Shown: positions 61,296 through 64,000 of the stretch, in pieces
How positions within the stretch are numbered: the first letter of the stretch is position 1
Layout of the letters: the number at the start of each line of letters is the position of its first letter
Source: Promethearchaeia archaeon
GTDB taxonomy: Archaea; Asgardarchaeota; Lokiarchaeia; Sigyniarchaeales; SOKP01
NCBI GenBank assembly: GCA_029856155.1
Contig: JAHQWL010000070.1
Coordinates: 1 to 64,000 of the forward strand
Direction: 5' to 3'
Length of the DNA: 64,000 nucleotides
Made by a program: the position numbers and the translations under genes
The notes under the pieces: generated by a model
Told to the model about the DNA's origin: nothing
Databases searched by the model: none
The model's input: only the letters and a program-made list of their open reading frames with translations

Positions 61296-62213
61296 ATGAA
61301 AAGTTATAGAGAACAATTGAACCCTAGAGAAAAATCAGAGGATAAATGCTGCGAAGACCAGTGTATAGTTCTTAAAGGAGGTAATAAAGTTTGTTTGAAT
61401 TGTGGTATGGTATTAGATGTTCATTTGGTCGATAATGGAAGAAGGGCTTATAATAATGAAGAAATGGTAAAAAGAAAACAAAATGAACCTAGATGGAGAG
61501 AATTTGGTTCGAGAACAGTGCTTCCTAATCACAAAATAGACTACAAAGGAAATTATTTAAATGCTGAAAAGAAGACTTTATTTTTACGTTTATCTAAAAT
61601 TCAAAATTCTTTAATTTCAAGCATAGAAAGAAATTTTTGGGAAGCAAAACCAAAAATGAAACAAATTACTTCAAAATTAAATATTCCTGAATATATTCAT
61701 GAAACAGCATGGAAAATTTACACTCTCACAGCAAAAAAAAAATTAACAATGGGGCGCTCAATTGAGGGATTTATAGCTGCTTCTTTATATGTTGCTGTTA
61801 GAGTCCATGAATTTCCAAAAGTATTAGAAGAAATTAGTGATGCTGCTATGATTCCCCGAAAATCTATAATACATTCATTAGGTTTACTTCTTAAAGAAGT
61901 TTTACCCGAATTAAACCTTAGTTATAAGCCAATTAGTGTTAAACAGTTGATAATTAAATTTGGAAATGAATTAGGACTTCCAATAGAAACCCAGAAGAAC
62001 GCTTTATATTTAGTTTCTATCACATCTAAGATGGGACTTGCTTTAATAGGTAAAGACCCAAAAGGACTTGCTGCTTCAGCTATTTACTTAGCAGTAAAAT
62101 CAACAGATAAAAGGATGACTCAAACTGAAATTGCTAAAGCTGCTAAAATAACAGAAGTTACATTAAGATCACGAATAAAAGATTTTAAAAGCAAGCTTGC
62201 ATTAGTGGAGTAA
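61296..62213 (+). CDS. tfb: Transcription initiation factor IIB (TFB paralog)
   Basis: Zn ribbon (CC...CLNCG), GRS...AASLY, GKDPKGLAASAIY, TQ.EIA....TEVTLR. Confidence 0.93.
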   Translation: MKSYREQLNPREKSEDKCCEDQCIVLKGGNKVCLNCGMVLDVHLVDNGRRAYNNEEMVKRKQNEPRWREFGSRTVLPNHKIDYKGNYLNAEKKTLFLRLSKIQNSLISSIERNFWEAKPKMKQITSKLNIPEYIHETAWKIYTLTAKKKLTMGRSIEGFIAASLYVAVRVHEFPKVLEEISDAAMIPRKSIIHSLGLLLKEVLPELNLSYKPISVKQLIIKFGNELGLPIETQKNALYLVSITSKMGLALIGKDPKGLAASAIYLAVKSTDKRMTQTEIAKAAKITEVTLRSRIKDFKSKLALVE

Positions 62214-62320
62214 TCCAATAACTCTAAATTTAAAAATTTTTATGGACTTATTTTGTTAAAAATGAGATAACCGCTTAATTTTTTAAAAATTAAAATATAA
62301 TAATGAAATCGGTTAAATAG

Positions 62321-62907
62321 ATGACTCTTTTTATTGCCTTAATGGAAAATCCATTTTTTTCTCTTATTATTTTACCTCTATTGATTCTTATAGCTCGGGT
62401 TTTTGATGTAACACTTGGAACTTTAAGAATCGTGTTTATATCTCAAGGTAGACGCAAATTAGCTCCAATTGTTGGTTTTTTTGAAATATTCATTTGGCTA
62501 TTAGCAATGGGACAAATTTTCAGTAATTTAACGAATTTTATATATTACTTTGCATACGCTGGAGGATTTGCAATAGGCAACTATGTTGGATTAATAGTTG
62601 AAGATAAAATATCTTTAGGTTTATTAAGTTTACAATTAATCATTAGAGATAATCCCGATAATTTAATTGGACTATTAAAAGAAAATGGTTATAGTTTAAC
62701 TACAATGTCTGCTGAGGGCCAAGAGGTATAGTTAAATTAGTATTATTAATTATTAAACGCAAAAATCTACCAAAAATCCTAGAATTTATACGACAGAATA
62801 ATCCAAAAGCATTTATATCAATTGAACAAGTAAAATCTGTGAGAGGGGGTAATTTTCCTTCACATTCAAAAACTAGATGGGAACTTTTTAGTAGAAGAAA
62901 GAAATAA
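62321..62907 (+). CDS. DUF2179/UPF0316 membrane protein, frameshift near 62722
   Basis: ARVFDVTLGTLR, GFFE, YAGGFAIGNYVG; the shifted frame continues GIVKLVLLIIKRKNL...NPKAFISIEQVKSVRGGNFP...RRKK* to 62907. Confidence 0.88.
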
Positions 62908-63163
62908 TAATTCTAATTTAAAAGAGGGAGCAACTTTTTCTTTTTAAATTAAAATTATATTAGGATTTGCTATTAAAAATTATTTAATATCTAAAAATGA
63001 AAAGATATAGAAATTGATATTAATAAATTTAATTTATTATCATCTTTAACTTATAAATAAGAAGAATTTGATAATTTTAATGCTTATAGTGTTAATAAAT
63101 TAATTCCAGAATCAATAAAAAAAATAGTAATTGTTAATTTACTTGACAAATATCATTAAATAA

Positions 63164-64000
63164 ATGATTGTTGAGGAATTTAAATTTTCAGAAAAAAAAA
63201 TTCCAATTGAACGAAGAGAAGAAATTAGCTCTTCTTATAAAATCAAATCTTATGAAAGAAAAATAAGATACATGGAAGAGAGAAAAATTCCTCAGAAAGA
63301 TATTAAAGATGTTCTTGCTCATTTTTTCAATATTAATAAAAACATCTCGAGAAAAACGAAAGACTCAATATCTAAAATAATATTTTCCCAAAAAGATAGA
63401 ATTTTAATAATAATTACCCCTTCTGGGAAAGATATTATTCTAAATAGAGAAAGATTAATTAAAGATTATGGATGGTTCTTTTTCATAGAAATGCCAGAAA
63501 AAGAAGAAAAAGTATTAAAAAAGAAGAAGCCTAAAAAAGAAAAGGAAAGAATGGAAGAAAAAACCATAAGTACAGAAGAATTTCGCTTTGAAGAAGTAAT
63601 ACTTCCTCTAAAACAAAAGGAAAATATGAGAGCATTATATAGAACAAAAGAATATAATCATTACCTAAAAATAATTAAATCCAAAGAATTACCTCAAATT
63701 CCTATAAAAGACGTACTTCATGATTTTTTTTTTAAAGATGCGCTCGTTCCAGTTGAAGAAAAAAAAGGAATTCGAAAGATCATCTATTACCAAAAAGAAA
63801 AAGTCATAGTCATTAAATCATTAATAGGTGATGAAATGTATGAAAACTTGGAGAACTTAGTTAAAAAATATGGATGGTATTTTTACATAACTGGAGTCCC
63901 TGTAGGAAAAAGTGAACTTTGCATTGCAATAGATAAAATAGAAAAAAAATTTGATGCCGAATACTTTTCTAATATCTCTCTTAAAAATGATAATGATAAA
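63164..64000 (+). CDS. Hypothetical protein with a tandem-duplicated domain of about 108 aa (runs off window)
   Basis: Open for 279 codons from ATG 63164; two copies of EEF.F...PQ..IKDVL..FF...I.KII..QK....I....G......L.K.YGW.F.I. Confidence 0.8.
   Translation, partial: MIVEEFKFSEKKIPIERREEISSSYKIKSYERKIRYMEERKIPQKDIKDVLAHFFNINKNISRKTKDSISKIIFSQKDRILIIITPSGKDIILNRERLIKDYGWFFFIEMPEKEEKVLKKKKPKKEKERMEEKTISTEEFRFEEVILPLKQKENMRALYRTKEYNHYLKIIKSKELPQIPIKDVLHDFFFKDALVPVEEKKGIRKIIYYQKEKVIVIKSLIGDEMYENLENLVKKYGWYFYITGVPVGKSELCIAIDKIEKKFDAEYFSNISLKNDNDK

Noticed and set aside
1-64000. CRISPR arrays, rRNA, intact transposases
   Set aside because: No regularly spaced repeats, no long GC-rich structured tract, and no transposase or integrase motifs seen.

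Overview
Strongly AT-rich archaeal chromosome segment, most consistent with an Asgard archaeon (Lokiarchaeia/Promethearchaeota). The call rests on archaeal housekeeping genes (TFB, PAN, PAC2, a CCA-less tRNA-Ala, TATA/BRE promoters) together with eukaryotic-signature-type genes (a Rab-like GTPase, several longin-like proteins, a TPR-longin fusion). The window holds a bacterial-type grpE-dnaK-dnaJ-clpB operon, an ABC-2 exporter cassette flanked by an intact and a truncated Rab-like gene, a membrane-anchored subtilase with site-1-protease-like architecture, CoA-metabolism genes, a MoxR/VWA pair, Fe-S genes (SufBC/SmsBC-type, IscS, polyferredoxin) and a methyltransferase/ATP-grasp fusion. The top finding is a dodecin gene (27574-27811) interrupted by a 31-nt insert that folds into a bulge-helix-bulge (BHB) motif. 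Canonical tRNA-splicing-endonuclease cleavage of that motif would exactly restore the reading frame, making this a candidate archaeal-type intron in an Asgard mRNA. About eight genes carry single-base deletions, mostly at short homopolymers. These are probably assembly errors, and they hide several real ORFs that the supplied track misses. No CRISPR array, rRNA or intact IS element was seen. All calls come from motif reading only; no database searches were run.
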